Origin: a virus
Reading direction: 5' to 3' (one strand)
DNA length: 64,000 nt
UHGV virus genome: UHGV-0093367
In this document: one piece after another, positions 37,685 to 47,576 of the stretch
Position numbering within the stretch: the stretch's first letter is position 1
Layout: every line of letters starts with the position of its first letter
Notes under the pieces: generated by a model
Databases searched by the model: none
The model's input: only the letters and a program-made list of their open reading frames with translations
Told to the model about the DNA's origin: nothing
Position numbers and translations under genes: made by a program

Positions 37685-38107
37685 TTAAAGCATTATATAG
37701 GACTCTCCGTCTCCGTCATACTCGTTTGCTGCCTCTTCCGCCTCTTCCATGCTAGAATAAACACCAATTGTTTCATAACTTGGTGTTTCGACAACTTCGA
37801 TTTTCATTTGAGTTGTCTCTAACGTGTCTATAAAGTCCGTCTGCACGAACTCGTTTTCGTCCTCGTCAAACTCGAACTCGTTTTCCTCAATCACATATTC
37901 CTCAACTGAGTAAAACGTCATATTGTGATTTTCAAACTTGCTGACGCTTGTCTTGCGTTTTGCAAGTTCCTTTTTAGCTTCTTCCAGATCGTCAAACGTT
38001 TTTATGTATTCGGGATCCGGATCCAAAGCTGTACATCCTTCTTTAATCTCCTTTCTATTTTTGCGATTAAATTCCGCCGTCCTTTTCACCAAATCATATT
38101 TTATCAT
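37685..38107 (-). CDS. Very acidic protein, candidate anti-defence/DNA mimic
   Basis: 140 aa with EEYVIEENEFEFDEDENEF; first gene after a consensus promoter. Confidence 0.65.
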   Translation of the reverse strand: MIKYDLVKRTAEFNRKNRKEIKEGCTALDPDPEYIKTFDDLEEAKKELAKRKTSVSKFENHNMTFYSVEEYVIEENEFEFDEDENEFVQTDFIDTLETTQMKIEVVETPSYETIGVYSSMEEAEEAANEYDGDGESYIML

Positions 38108-38166
38108 TTTTTCCTCCTGTCTGCCCCTGCCCGGGGCTGTGCGATTGGTTTTCTTTAACTGTCTTT

Positions 38167-38559
38167 ATTATACATCTATGTGTGTTATATGTCAAGCGTA
38201 TATGTGCGTTATTTCAATATTTTTTCAAGTCTTTCCAGTTCTGCAAGAACCGTATCACGAATAAAAGCACTATTACTTTTATTTAAATGTAGGTTTTCTA
38301 TTCTCTCCTTTGTTTCCTTAGGAAAGACAATATTCAATCTATAATTGTTTTTCTCATAGTTTCTAACCGCTTTTCTCTGTGCATCAGTTGCCATTATTCG
38401 CTGTTCCTCCTCTTTAATTTTTCTTCTATTATAATGTATGTGCGTTATATTGTCAATAGTTATATGTGCGTTATACATATTATACAGTTTTAAGCGTTTT
38501 ATATGTGCGTTATTTGTACATTATCCCATCTTGTATATGTGCGTTATATCTGGTATTAT
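38167..38559. promoter_or_regulatory. Three sigma-A promoters with six TATGTG(C/T)GTTAT operator copies
   Basis: On the - strand, TTGACA-17-TATAAT at 38195-38167 and 38456-38428. On the + strand, TTGTAT-17-TATTAT at 38531-38559. Operators start near 38177, 38201, 38437, 38463, 38502 and 38536. Confidence 0.85.
38209..38394 (-). CDS. Arc/RHH-like repressor (Aca-like)
   Basis: MATDAQRKAVRNYEKNNYRLNIVFPKETKERI..SNSAFIRDTV, surrounded by the operators. Confidence 0.75.
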   Translation of the reverse strand: MATDAQRKAVRNYEKNNYRLNIVFPKETKERIENLHLNKSNSAFIRDTVLAELERLEKILK

Positions 38560-38596
38560 ATAACCATCAACAGAGAACAAAAAAGGAGACGGAAAT

Positions 38597-38833
38597 ATGA
38601 ATAAAATAATTTTATTTTTAAGGGAACATAAAAGCTTCCCCTTAACAATCCAGGTCTATGCATCCCTGGAATTTAAAATCTACATCCGGGTGGAATCCCA
38701 TAACCCGGACTGGAACCCGGAGCGGGACATTCTCATACAGGAAGTTCCGACCGCAAAAAAAACGGCAGTTATGATTTGCGCCGCAAAAAGATATTGCCGG
38801 GAAAACGGCATAAAAATTTTTGAAATTAAATAG
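38597..38833 (+). CDS. Hypothetical early protein
   Basis: 78 aa, AAGGAG RBS, first gene after the + strand promoter. Confidence 0.6.
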   Translation: MNKIILFLREHKSFPLTIQVYASLEFKIYIRVESHNPDWNPERDILIQEVPTAKKTAVMICAAKRYCRENGIKIFEIK

Positions 38834-38966
38834 GAGCTAAAAACGAGATACGAAAATTATTTAGTCCTGGTAGAAGCTCGCAACGTTTCCGAAGCGTGGG
38901 AACGTCTGGAGGAGATTGAAACCCGGCGAATAATCGCCAGTATAAACGCGTGGGAGGTGTAAAGAA

Positions 38967-39119
38967 ATGAGATACAGTTACTACAGAGAACAAATCGAAA
39001 ACACTAGCAATCACAGGAAGTTAGAAAAGCTCCTGCACCAGATCGAAGAGGATTTTGAAGGAATCAGTGGTAGGCAGTACGAAAACCTTAGATTTATTAT
39101 CTCGAAAATGTACGCATAA
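38967..39119 (+). CDS. Small hypothetical protein
   Basis: 50 aa MRYSYYREQIE.., GGAGGTG RBS. Confidence 0.5.
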   Translation: MRYSYYREQIENTSNHRKLEKLLHQIEEDFEGISGRQYENLRFIISKMYA

Positions 39120-39327
39120 AAAGGAATCCGGACGAAAAGCCCGGATTTCCCCACAGCATGTTACATTAAAATATCGGCAAAAACAGAATATCACATATTG
39201 TCTGAATGTGCAAGCTTTTTAAATTCTGCTTCAATCATGCTTGTAAATTAATCCCTCCGGCGGCGGTCAAGCCGTAGCTCCAACGCAACCGCCGGACTTT
39301 AAAAAATAAAAAGAGAGGTAAATAATT

Positions 39328-39702
39328 ATGGCATACGCAACAGCAAAAATCGAAGGAAACAAAATCATTTCTACATCTTTGTGGAATACGGACGTCTTTG
39401 AAATCGTGGAGAAAATCCCAAATAACTATCTTGTTTGGAATATCGGCGAAAATATGGGAACTGATTGTTATATTCCAATTTGCCAGATGCTTCACCCGGA
39501 AAATAAAGAAGATTTTTCAATCAATCGGGATACCTTAAAAGCCGTACAGGTTACGCCGGAAGAATTTAAGAAATTACAGAAAGCCGCATCTTATGGTGTA
39601 AGTAATTTAAAAGTCGCTGAAAAAGCATTAAAAAGCAAAAGACGCGGCTACATGTCAGATAGAAAAAGAGCGCTTGCAACTCTTACAATAGACATTTTTT
39701 AA
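39328..39702 (+). CDS. Hypothetical early protein
   Basis: 124 aa, GAGGT RBS (YLVWNIGENM). Confidence 0.6.
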   Translation: MAYATAKIEGNKIISTSLWNTDVFEIVEKIPNNYLVWNIGENMGTDCYIPICQMLHPENKEDFSINRDTLKAVQVTPEEFKKLQKAASYGVSNLKVAEKALKSKRRGYMSDRKRALATLTIDIF

Positions 39703-39792
39703 AGAATTACAAAAAATTAAGACAGGCCGGCAAGCGTACCGGGGAGCATTTCCCCGGCGGCCTTTTAAAATAAAATCAGGAGGATTAAAAAC

Positions 39793-40161
39793 ATGAAAAA
39801 ATTAACATTAGTAGAATACGGATGCGCGGGAACAGGCTACAGAAACGGCTCAGACGTGCCGAATTGCAGAGTTCGCGCAGAATTTGACACGCTGGACGGT
39901 CTGCACGTTGTTGCAGATTTTGGCGGCTACCAGAGACACGACGCAAATAAAAAAGGGTGACCAATGGTGCAACCTAACGCGTTACATGTCGACGGCACAT
40001 ACTACGACTCTGAGGGCTGCGGACGCTCTTATGAATATAGGCTTGCGCAAAAGGGATTTGATTTTTCGCGTTTCGATTTCACAAAATCCGGAATTTTGGC
40101 ATTTGTAAACGAGGTAACCGGGGGAAATTATACAGAAATCGAGTTTACAAAAAGGATTTAG
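39793..40161 (+). pseudogene. Hypothetical gene with an in-frame TGA at 39958-39960
   Basis: MKKLTLVEYGC..SDVPNCRVRAEF..NKKG*PMVQPNALHVD in one frame, with a strong RBS. Confidence 0.65.
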
Positions 40162-40254
40162 TTTTCAGGCGTAACGGTTCCCGCCGGGTTCGATTCCCGG
40201 CAACGTCTTTTATAATCCGGCTCCCATGGGTAAAGGGAAGAAAGAAAGAAAGAA

Positions 40255-40557
40255 ATGAGAAAATATAATTTTTCAGAAATGGGCGCTATCTGGCGCGATC
40301 ACGCCCGGGAAATAGTCGAAAATGGCGTTTTTATTGCCAATGATGGCAGTAATTGGGATTTATGGGAACATAACGGGACTGTGTATAGTATTCCTGTCGA
40401 AGGCTCCGGCTGCAGCGCATCTGTCTGGTGCGGCGTCAAAAACCTGAGACAGCATTTATACGGGCTTATGCATATTTGCGGCCGTTCTTCTCTTATTCCG
40501 AGTTGCTGGGGAAATGTTAATGCTGATTTTTGGCATCACTTGGTATTTGTTAAATAG
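40255..40557 (+). CDS. Hypothetical protein
   Basis: 100 aa ORF. Confidence 0.5.
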   Translation: MRKYNFSEMGAIWRDHAREIVENGVFIANDGSNWDLWEHNGTVYSIPVEGSGCSASVWCGVKNLRQHLYGLMHICGRSSLIPSCWGNVNADFWHHLVFVK

Positions 40558-40568
40558 GGGGCGGTATT

Positions 40569-40733
40569 ATGTCAAAAGCTAAAAGGAAAAAATTAGAACA
40601 GGCTGCGATTGAGATTTTAGCCGGGTCGATGGAATATATTGGAGAATACGACCAAATTTGCAAAGAAGCTGCAACTCTTACAGATTCGGAACTATTGAAT
40701 TTTTTAGAAAAATATTCTGATTTAGAGCAGTAA
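40569..40733 (+). CDS. Small hypothetical protein
   Basis: 54 aa MSKAKRKKLEQAAIEIL, followed by a terminator-like hairpin. Confidence 0.45.
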   Translation: MSKAKRKKLEQAAIEILAGSMEYIGEYDQICKEAATLTDSELLNFLEKYSDLEQ

Positions 40734-41086
40734 AACCGCTGCTCTTTTTCTGGTGTCCTGCATCCGCTCCGGGCGGCGGTGGTTCGTGACCTGTGCTAGG
40801 ACTTCGCCGGGGCTTGTGTCCCGGCTTGATGCACATTGACAATTATATATAGTTGTATTGGCTTCTATTTGACGTTTTAACGGCTTTTAGCGTGATTCTG
40901 GTATATTTTATCATTAGCGCATAAAAAGTGTCTTAAATCTTCAAATATCAAATTGCTAACATGGAATTGACAGCAAAATGCAACGGGGTTATTATTACTC
41001 TGTACAGTTGCGCGGACGCTTTGCCTGGTCTGGTCTTTATACTTCCGGACTGTGCGAAGCTATGCCAGCTATAAAAGGGAGATCAC

Positions 41087-41866
41087 ATGGGCAAAATAAA
41101 ATACGTGTATCCATATAAAAACACTGGTAAATGGATTACGCAAATAAATTATAACGGTAAGAATTACACGCTTGGAATTTTCGCAAGCCCGGAGGAGGCC
41201 ACACAAGTCCACAAAAATGCGGAAACCGCAAAGAATGACGGCACGTTCCCGGAGTTCTTCGCGAAGCTGCGCCCGGGTGTGCAGATCACAAACAGCAACA
41301 TAAAACGATGCGTTGTCTGTGGGAAAGAGTTCGAGAGCCGTAACGGGCGGATTGTGTGCGGTCCGGAATGTAAAAAAGAACGGTTACGGATGTCTTACGC
41401 AAAAACAAATTCCAAAAACGCTTATAAAAAAGACACTGTAAAATATAAAAATCTGCATCTTAACAGCTTCGGGCGCTGGGAGGTTAATGTATATCGCAAT
41501 GGCGTAAAATATTATCTTGGCTCTTATTCTGCCTTAGAAGACGCCTTAAGCGCTCGGGATAGTTTTACGGGATGCACAGGAAACTACACAGAAAAAGCGA
41601 AAGAAATCCGATCAGGGGCGTTAGCGACACAAGCACAAAAATGGTACACCGGGTACAAACACGCTCAGGAGTTCTACAACCTTAACGGGGATTTACTTGT
41701 CCCCTGCTCTTACGTTTGCCCGGACGGGTACAAACTGGGGCAGTGGATACGTTACCAACGTAGCACTAGAAAGGGCAATTCATACGCTCAGATCACACCG
41801 GAACGGGTAGAAATGCTTGACAAAATTGGAATGATTTGGGAAGCTAAGAAAGTTAGCGAAACTTAG
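41087..41866 (+). CDS. AP2-Zn-AP2-HA multidomain DNA-binding protein
   Basis: Two AP2-like motifs (KWITQINYNGKNYTLGIF; RWEVNVYRNGVKYYLGSY), CVVC..CGPEC, and a helicase-associated domain (GDLLVP..LGQWIRYQR..LDKIGMIW). Confidence 0.7.
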   Translation: MGKIKYVYPYKNTGKWITQINYNGKNYTLGIFASPEEATQVHKNAETAKNDGTFPEFFAKLRPGVQITNSNIKRCVVCGKEFESRNGRIVCGPECKKERLRMSYAKTNSKNAYKKDTVKYKNLHLNSFGRWEVNVYRNGVKYYLGSYSALEDALSARDSFTGCTGNYTEKAKEIRSGALATQAQKWYTGYKHAQEFYNLNGDLLVPCSYVCPDGYKLGQWIRYQRSTRKGNSYAQITPERVEMLDKIGMIWEAKKVSET

Positions 41867-41885
41867 CGAAAGTTAGCGAAAGTTA
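41851..41885 (+). repeat. 10 bp tandem repeat A(G/C)TTAGCGAA x3.5
   Basis: Read directly; overlaps the stop codon of 41087..41866. Confidence 0.8.
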
Positions 41886-42371
41886 ATTAATATGATTATA
41901 TCAAATTATAACAAATGTTTAAAATTGGTATTACCGGCAATTCCTGCATCAATTGCAGATACGCCGGAACTGGAAAATCCCGGAAAAAATCGCAGAAACC
42001 TGAAACTAATTCAGATCTGCGATTTTTTTATGATTATTAATTTTGCCGAAAATTCCATAGAACGTACATCGGCGTGCTGTGAATTTTTTTAATTTCTATT
42101 GACTTTTTAATTCGTAAGATATATTATTATTTCAACGGATATCAATGGCAAAAGGCGTCCGGAGCCTCATTGATAGACGGATAAAGTATAACACATGGTG
42201 TTGGAAGGTGGTAGCAATTAAGCTGCCACCTTTTATTATTTCATAACGTTCAATTCGTCACTTCTGAAATTCTTTTTCTTTATAACGTTTGAAATTTTAA
42301 CATTTCTGCGCTTCTGCCGGCTGGTTTCCTTGTTCCTGCGCTTCGCAGCTCCCTTACTGATCGTTCCCATG

Positions 42372-43037
42372 TTACTCCTTTCTGAATTTCTCTTTCATGT
42401 TCTGGCTTCGTGAATTGAGGTTTATAATTGGCACATCCACATTGAGTTCATCCGGTACGATACCTACGATCACAACCTTTGTCGGCTCTATTGCATCCAA
42501 CATTTCTTTAAAGTTCTCACAAAACTCTATCCTGGCAGACTTTGACCGCACTCTGCCGTTGGTGCAACATGATACAGTGCTTCTGTGTGGTGTTCCGTCA
42601 AATATCCATGGCATTTCCTTTGGGCTGATAATATTTACGGACGGAATAATTTTAACGCCCATAACCGCCTAATAATATCCTAAAGCATGGTTTCTGTACA
42701 GGTTGTAGATGTTCAACGCACTTGGCATCCCGGAAGCAATTGTGAAATCTGGACTGCAAACTGAATTAAAACATTTTAAGTGCTCAATGTACTGGTCTGG
42801 CTGATTCCACACCTGCAGAAAACTTTTGTCGTCAATATAGAAATTCACTGTCAGGTCTTTGTGTCCTTTTAATGATCTGGATTTTGAAGACACAAAGTCA
42901 ATTGACTTGCCCGGTGAGAAATCCACTTTTGGAAGCATTGGTATCTGAAACTGGCCATCAAGTTCTGCACCGGTTATTAGATATTCTTTCATCACATCAT
43001 ATGCGGTATGTATCTGCGTCATAAAGCCCACCTCCAT
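42372..43037 (-). pseudogene. DUF4417-like gene with an in-frame TAG at 42669-42671
   Basis: VNFYIDD..F..VWN.P, CSPDF, YNLYRNHALGYY*AVMGVKIIPSV; Trp is expected at the stop. Confidence 0.7.
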
Positions 43038-43158
43038 AGTATTATGTTAACACATTTTAGGAAACAAAAAAAGACCGCATTTCTGCCGTCTACGATGGTT
43101 TTTCCTGTGTCTCACACACAAGTTTTCCTCCTATGGTTTTAATTCGAATATTTGTTCT

Positions 43159-43355
43159 TGTTCCTTACCTGTTCCCTAGCCTGTTCCCTCGAACTTTTAA
43201 ACACCTCTAAAAAGCACAAAAAACCTTGATTTTACAAGGTTTTCGTTAGCAGCCAGTACGGGAATCGAACGTACCTTTAAACTGCTATCTTTCCTATAAA
43301 ACCAATGCTTCTAGCTTTTTGCAGGGTGTTCCTTTTTGTTCCCTAGTTGTTCCCT
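43159..43355. mobile_element. attP: tRNA 3'-half core (43247-43270) flanked by arm-type repeats
   Basis: Core GTTCGATTCCCGTACTGGCTG on the - strand. TGTTCC(T/C)T triplets at 43159-43189 and 43327-43355, an inverted repeat at 43220-43243, all next to the integrase stop. Confidence 0.8.
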
Positions 43356-43364
43356 CTCAAAAAA

Positions 43365-44579
43365 CTATCTTGACACTACCATGAACTCGTTTATGCTGTC
43401 CATGATTTTTTGTTTTTTCTTGAGGTCCTTTCGGTCTCTGTGATAGTAGTTCTCGGAACACGAAATATTTGTGTGGCCCATCTGTGATGTGACCATCTGA
43501 TTATCTATGCTGTGATCGAGTAAAATTGTGCAATATGTTTTTCGTATTTTATGCGGCGATTTTTGAATACAACCAGTTTTCTTACACACTGTTCTTAACC
43601 GGTTCCTGAACGAATAAGTATTTAATCGCTTTCCATCTTTGGAAAATATATATTCGCAGAATGTCGACATATTTCTAAGCTTCTGTAATATCCATATACA
43701 CCCCTGAGGAACCACTACATTTCTTACGCCTGCTTCTGTTTTCGGAAAGTCTTTTACTTCAAAAATGCCTTTATGGTTTTCGAAATGCCTTACTTCCGTT
43801 CTTCTGACTTTAATCGTACTGATATGCGGTAGCCAGTCATTCCATTTCAAAGCACATAGCTCCCCAACTCTCAGCCCGGTTACGAACATAAGCATAATGC
43901 CAAGATTTACTATGTCCTGATTGTCTTTTAAGTAGTCAATCATCCTGTCCATTTCAGCATCGTTGAATACTTCTTCCGAATCTTCTTTGATATTTCTTTT
44001 GAAAGATTTATCAGTGACATCCAAGTCATAGAATAATTCCTGCACGTTCCAGTCAATCAGTTTGTTACGCTTCGCCCATTTCAGGGTGCCTCTGGTAATT
44101 GTTTTAAGATTGCAGAAAGCTTTTGCGGTTAGATTGTGTTCACTGATCTGTTCTTCCAGGAAGTTGCTGATATCCTCTGACTCAATGTTTTTGATTCTGC
44201 GTTCGCCCATGGTCCCAAAAAAACGATTAAAGTCCTGCTGATATCTCTGATAAGTTTGTATTGAAATCTTATTCAAATCAACCTTGCGCTGCGCCCATTC
44301 CTCGAACACACTCTTAATCTTTGGATTCTCTGCTTTCTCGCGGTGCGTCTTTACGATCAAGTCCTCTAAATCCTGTTTAGACCTTCGCTTAAACATCTTT
44401 CTCTGTCCGGTTTCGTCATAAGTCATACGGATTTTCCAATATCCGTCAGATGCCTTCCATATACTGTCCCTGTATTCTTTTAAAATTTCTTCCCTTTTAT
44501 TCATTTCAATTTGCTCTTGTATGTGAGACAAATTGATAATACCATTCTCAATTGCATATTTCAAGTCGTCATTATTCAT
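43365..44579 (-). CDS. int: Tyrosine integrase
   Basis: TGLRVGEL, KTEAG, HKIRKT, MGH, ENYY catalytic motifs. Confidence 0.92.
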   Translation of the reverse strand: MNNDDLKYAIENGIINLSHIQEQIEMNKREEILKEYRDSIWKASDGYWKIRMTYDETGQRKMFKRRSKQDLEDLIVKTHREKAENPKIKSVFEEWAQRKVDLNKISIQTYQRYQQDFNRFFGTMGERRIKNIESEDISNFLEEQISEHNLTAKAFCNLKTITRGTLKWAKRNKLIDWNVQELFYDLDVTDKSFKRNIKEDSEEVFNDAEMDRMIDYLKDNQDIVNLGIMLMFVTGLRVGELCALKWNDWLPHISTIKVRRTEVRHFENHKGIFEVKDFPKTEAGVRNVVVPQGCIWILQKLRNMSTFCEYIFSKDGKRLNTYSFRNRLRTVCKKTGCIQKSPHKIRKTYCTILLDHSIDNQMVTSQMGHTNISCSENYYHRDRKDLKKKQKIMDSINEFMVVSR

Positions 44580-44643
44580 AAAAAAATAAGGAGGAACCGG
44601 GATATCCTTTCGCTGGCCAGCGGCTCCTCGTTCCTCCTTTCTT

Positions 44644-44871
44644 TCACACATAATCAAAAATATTCATCTGTCCTTCCGGCATATCATCTTCAATATTGAA
44701 GAATTTACAAGCAATGAAATTTCCATGCCAGTCCCGATCACCGCCGTACATCAGACATTTTTCACTCTTTCCGCCCCTATAAAATCTGCATTCAGAACAT
44801 TTATGCTGATATGCTGTTCCGCCGGAACGTTTATACATTTCGCTTATTGTTCTCATTTCTTTTCCTTTCAA
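44644..44871 (-). CDS. Small Cys-rich protein
   Basis: CSECRFY..C..DW....IAC. Confidence 0.5.
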   Translation of the reverse strand: MKGKEMRTISEMYKRSGGTAYQHKCSECRFYRGGKSEKCLMYGGDRDWHGNFIACKFFNIEDDMPEGQMNIFDYV

Positions 44872-45101
44872 AGGTTTAAATTATCAAAGCTGCCCTTCTT
44901 TTTGTTCCTGTTCTTCTTTTAAAAATCCCTTTCATTACGCATTCCGTCGGTAGGCATCCTCTCATGTGATCATTGATAAGGATGTAATCGCAAGTTCCAA
45001 ATGATAACCCTCCAGAATTATTCTTTGAAAAATAATCACAATGCTTACATTGCTTTTCTTTTTAATTCTGAATTTCTCTGACAGACATTTCACCCCATGG
45101 T

Positions 45102-45947
45102 TTAACAGCTATTTCCACTCTCTTTACCTCGCATTCCTTGTACCATCTTCATTTTCAAATGTTGTGCTATATGTTCTCTGACAGATTCCTCTGGAAATGG
45201 GATTTCGAGCGACCGCTCCAGAATCCTATTTGTGATCCTCTCGTCATATTTCAGTTCTGATATCTGGCAGTTGCTCGTGAATATAGTGATTTTTCTGTCG
45301 ACATACCGCCCGTTGATAATGCTATAGAATCTTTCGTTAATCCACTCCTTACCAGAATCAGCACCAAAGTCATCAATGATAAGGATTTCCGTTCTGGACA
45401 AATCCTCTATCAACTTTCCTTCCGTATTCCCTTTGTCCCCCCATGTATTCTTGATCTCATCGAGGATTCTGAGTGAAGTGGTAAACTTGACCGGTTTCTG
45501 GTATTTCTTCATGATTTCATTTGCCAAGCTGCATACTGTTTTGGTTTTGCCAGAACCTTTTGCACTTGAGAAAAGATACAATCCTATTCCTTTCTTCTGC
45601 ATATCAGGAAGATTTTTAAACCAGTAATTTACCGCCTGAGCTGCCTGAGAAAATACTTTTCGACTCTCAGCGTTCAAATATACACTTGACTTCAAATCGT
45701 TGAAATTTGAGCCTTTAAACACGTTTGGAAGCTCTGCGAATTTCAATTGATTTTCAAGGATTGTTCTCTTCCTGATTCCGCAAGGGCACTCCTCACAATA
45801 AGGAATACCGCTTGCGTCTCTTATCCATCTCCATCCGCTGTCCCCGCATTCAGGGCATTCAAGCGAACGGGGTGTCTGATTCTTCTCCGTTCCATTCTCC
45901 AAGTGGGACGAGTGGTTCGACATTTCTTTGAGCTGTGCCAGTTCCAT
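45102..45947 (-). CDS. DnaC/IstB-like helicase loader
   Basis: Zn motif CPEC..CPC, Walker A AKGSGKT, LIIDDFG, TIFTSN. Confidence 0.88.
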   Translation of the reverse strand: MELAQLKEMSNHSSHLENGTEKNQTPRSLECPECGDSGWRWIRDASGIPYCEECPCGIRKRTILENQLKFAELPNVFKGSNFNDLKSSVYLNAESRKVFSQAAQAVNYWFKNLPDMQKKGIGLYLFSSAKGSGKTKTVCSLANEIMKKYQKPVKFTTSLRILDEIKNTWGDKGNTEGKLIEDLSRTEILIIDDFGADSGKEWINERFYSIINGRYVDRKITIFTSNCQISELKYDERITNRILERSLEIPFPEESVREHIAQHLKMKMVQGMRGKESGNSC

Positions 45948-46668
45948 TTCGCATATCCTCCCTGTTGTGGTATTTGTTTTCAAGTATCTTTAAAAAGTTA
46001 TTTGGTTTCACAAACCATTCAAAGTTTATTGCAAAATCGGTTTTCTTTCCCATAAGAAAGTCACTATTTTGTACGTTTTTCAACGCTTCCATTACCTTAT
46101 CCATGCCATATTCTCGGATTCTCGCTTTCAGCATTTGCGTTCGCCTTGCTGTCATTCTTGCGATTGGCTGAATGCCGAACTGTTGAAGCTTATTCCATTC
46201 ATCGACCACTTTCTGCACGTCACCGGGCTTGACTAAATCTTTTTCGCAAGAAATCTGTTCTGGAATCTCTTCTTCCGACAATTCTTTCTGACGTTTTCTA
46301 TGCTCTGCGACCCGTTTTCTGGTCTGCTCTCTGATTTTCTCAAGCCCGTCAATATTCTGATGTTCTTCCCATCCGGGAATTGAAAGCAATGTTCCGTCTC
46401 TGGTTATCATGCCGAACTTTTCAAGAATTGTAAGCGCAAGCTCTATTACACTCTCGTCAAAGTCCAATTCGTCTGCCAGCATTTTGTTTGTATATGGAAT
46501 ATTCTCTGTCAGAAAAATAATCCCGTTTGAATTGCATCGTCCCGCCATCGTCAGAAGCATCATCCAGATCAGAACGATATTGTTTCCCTCTGGGAGCTTT
46601 CTGATATGCCGGATTTTCTTATTGTCGAACATATCTATTTCTAATCGAATCCAACTCACCTTTGACAT
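45859..46668 (-). CDS. Replisome organiser/replication initiator
   Basis: WIRLEIDMFDNKKIRHI N-terminus; NFEWFVKPNNFLKILENKY C-terminus. Confidence 0.88.
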   Translation of the reverse strand: MSKVSWIRLEIDMFDNKKIRHIRKLPEGNNIVLIWMMLLTMAGRCNSNGIIFLTENIPYTNKMLADELDFDESVIELALTILEKFGMITRDGTLLSIPGWEEHQNIDGLEKIREQTRKRVAEHRKRQKELSEEEIPEQISCEKDLVKPGDVQKVVDEWNKLQQFGIQPIARMTARRTQMLKARIREYGMDKVMEALKNVQNSDFLMGKKTDFAINFEWFVKPNNFLKILENKYHNREDMRNGTGTAQRNVEPLVPLGEWNGEESDTPFA

Positions 46669-46875
46669 TTAGCCACCTTCCCGTCTGGTAATGACATTTC
46701 CGCCCTTACCACATTGATTTTCGTATGAACTTCTCCATTAAAGAGTCCGCCCAGTTTTTTGTGTGATTTTCACAGGTATCATCTTCCTCTATCAGGATAC
46801 CTTTGCGGTCGCACAGGCCGTTGTCGTTTTCAACACAAGTTTTGCATGTTTTATCTATCATAATTCCTTCCTTTT

Positions 46876-47160
46876 TTAGAATAAATAAACTAAAAGTGTC
46901 ACATAATGTATAATTTGGTCTGCCATGTAACTTATCTTGTTGTATCGTGCCTTTAAAGGATCAATTACTATATGCATGGTTATTACAAAGGCAAGTTTCC
47001 ATGAGCACCCGAACACTATGTAAAAAGGAACTGAATAAAGAAGGCAATGAACCAGTAAGTGATACCAGTTTTCTCCTTTGGTTTTTGCTATAAAATCGCT
47101 TTGAAGAACATAATCTCCGATCAAGTGGCATATTATCAGTTTATATATTATTTCTATCAT
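46876..47160 (-). CDS. DUF3307-like membrane protein
   Basis: HLIGDYVLQSD..H..HIVID..DQIIH. Confidence 0.75.
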   Translation of the reverse strand: MIEIIYKLIICHLIGDYVLQSDFIAKTKGENWYHLLVHCLLYSVPFYIVFGCSWKLAFVITMHIVIDPLKARYNKISYMADQIIHYVTLLVYLF

Positions 47161-47280
47161 TTTTCCACGCTCCAATCTAATTTCTGTCCACACTTATTGC
47201 AATAAAAATCTGATTTATAAAGTCCCTCGCTGTTACAAACTGGACAGTTACCTTTTGTCGTATAATATCTGCCAGAAAAA

Positions 47281-47574
47281 TCAAAAATAGATTTCATCCT
47301 TGTGATTTACGACATTGTAATTGTTAGGATTTTCAACAAAATGTTCTGCAACCAAACGGTGAAGATATAGTCTTTTGCTTTTCCCATTCCTTGAGACTAC
47401 AACAAAATCGTAATTCCAATTACTGAATATCTTTAATTCAATACCTTTCTGAAAATAATCATTTCTTCCATGGACAACTCTATCTATAGAGCGAACTCTT
47501 CCAAGATTGCTAATTTGATACATTCCTTCATATCCGGATATATCTTTCCATATTTCTACATCTATTAAGCACAT
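47281..47574 (-). pseudogene. Truncated NUMOD4-HNH endonuclease
   Basis: EIWKDISGYEGMYQISNLGRVRS..HRLVAEHF..VNHKDE, then stops. It abuts the tail of a CPVC..CNKCGQKLDW gene. Confidence 0.7.
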
Positions 47575-47576
47575 TT

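Noticed and set aside
35500..38200. Complete phage CRISPR-Cas system
   Set aside because: Only cas5 is recognisable, and there is no multi-repeat array.
40167..40209. tRNA gene or second att core at the T-arm-like hairpin
   Set aside because: No D or anticodon arm and no adjacent integrase or arm sites. Kept only as a structural oddity.
3538..42671. Stop-codon reassignment (TAG=Gln) suggested by in-frame TAGs
   Set aside because: The two TAGs replace different expected residues (Gln and Trp). TAG ends real genes (5804, 7315, 43365), long core genes have no internal TAG, and no CUA suppressor tRNA is seen.
46200..46330. Replication origin iterons inside the initiator gene
   Set aside because: Expected by analogy with related phages, but no convincing repeat array is visible.
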